NCBI GenBank assembly: GCA_038087875.1
Contig: JAXLNO010000600.1
Location: 609,416 to 629,415 of the forward strand
DNA length: 20,000 nucleotides
Direction of reading: 5' to 3'
Source: Malacoraja senta
Taxonomy: Eukaryota
The notes under the pieces were generated by a model. That model saw only the letters and a program-made list of their open reading frames with translations, was not told the DNA's origin and searched no databases. Made by a program: the position numbers and the translations under genes. The number at the start of each line of letters is the position of its first letter. The stretch's first letter is position 1. Positions 19,433 to 20,000 of this stretch are shown here, piece by piece.

Positions 19433-19719
19433 TCAGAATAAGGGATAGGCCATTTAGGGCTGAGATGAGGAGAAACTTTTTCACCCAGAGAGTTGTGAAT
19501 CTGTGGAATTCTCTGGCACAGAAGGCAGTGGAGGCCGATTCACTGGATGTTTTCAAGAGAGAGTTAGATTTAGCTATTAGGGCTAACGGAATCAAGAGAT
19601 ATGGGGAGAAAGCAGGAACGGGGTACTGATTGTGGATGTTCAGCCATGATCATTTGGATGGCGGTGCTGGCTCGAAGGGCCGAATGGCCTACTCCTGCAC
19701 CTATTGTCTATGATTCTAT
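19433..19719 (+). mobile_element. CR1 3' fragment
   Basis: Reads RIRDRPFRAEMRRNFFTQRVVNLWNSL...FKRELD, followed by ggccgaatggcc and a ctattgtctatgattctat tail. Confidence 0.88.
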
Positions 19720-19867
19720 CCCCTCCCTTGCATTGACACACTTAAGATCCCAAAGGGATCTTGGCTGCAGAAACCGCCCCTTCATCCCAACTGACCAGAG
19801 AACATCGGTTAAATGTGTAGGAAGGAATTGCAGACGCTGGTTTAAACCGAAGATAGAGACTCAAAAA

Positions 19868-19989
19868 GCTGGAGTAACTCAGCGGGACAGGCAACATCTC
19901 CGCGGAGAAGGAATGGGTGACGTTTCGGGTCGGGAAATCACCATTCCTTCTCTCCAGAGATGCTGCCTGTCCCGCTGAGTTACTCCAGC
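19868..19989. repeat. Hairpin formed by two inverted copies of the Penelope-like short repeat
   Basis: Arms 19868-19920 and 19938-19989 are near-perfect reverse complements around a 17-nt loop. Confidence 0.85.
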
Positions 19990-20000
19990 ATTCTTGTCTC

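Overview
This is eukaryotic, repeat-saturated genomic DNA, most likely from a cartilaginous fish (skate or ray; inferred from HE1/V-SINE-like elements and the CR1, L2 and Rex1 mix). It is not a prokaryotic locus, and no intact protein-coding gene is visible. Bases ~968-12989 form a nested retroelement stack: an L2 LINE is split by a near full-length CR1 LINE (1315-12230). The CR1 itself carries a 5'-truncated L1 in its monomer-built 5' UTR and a Gmr1-type Ty3/Gypsy LTR retrotransposon in its ORF2 (minus strand; SCAN-like Gag, PR-IN-RT order, tRNA-Pro PBS). All coding frames are disrupted. The right third holds a ~640-bp foldback element, SINE and LINE fragments, and short repeats with minimal-hammerhead-like cores. 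It also has two short unique islands that look like divergent host gene starts: a minus-strand X-box/Kozak-ATG first exon at ~13.4 kb and a plus-strand muscle-type promoter with a non-coding exon 1 at ~16.5-16.8 kb. I see no clearly new biological system; the best leads are listed as findings.
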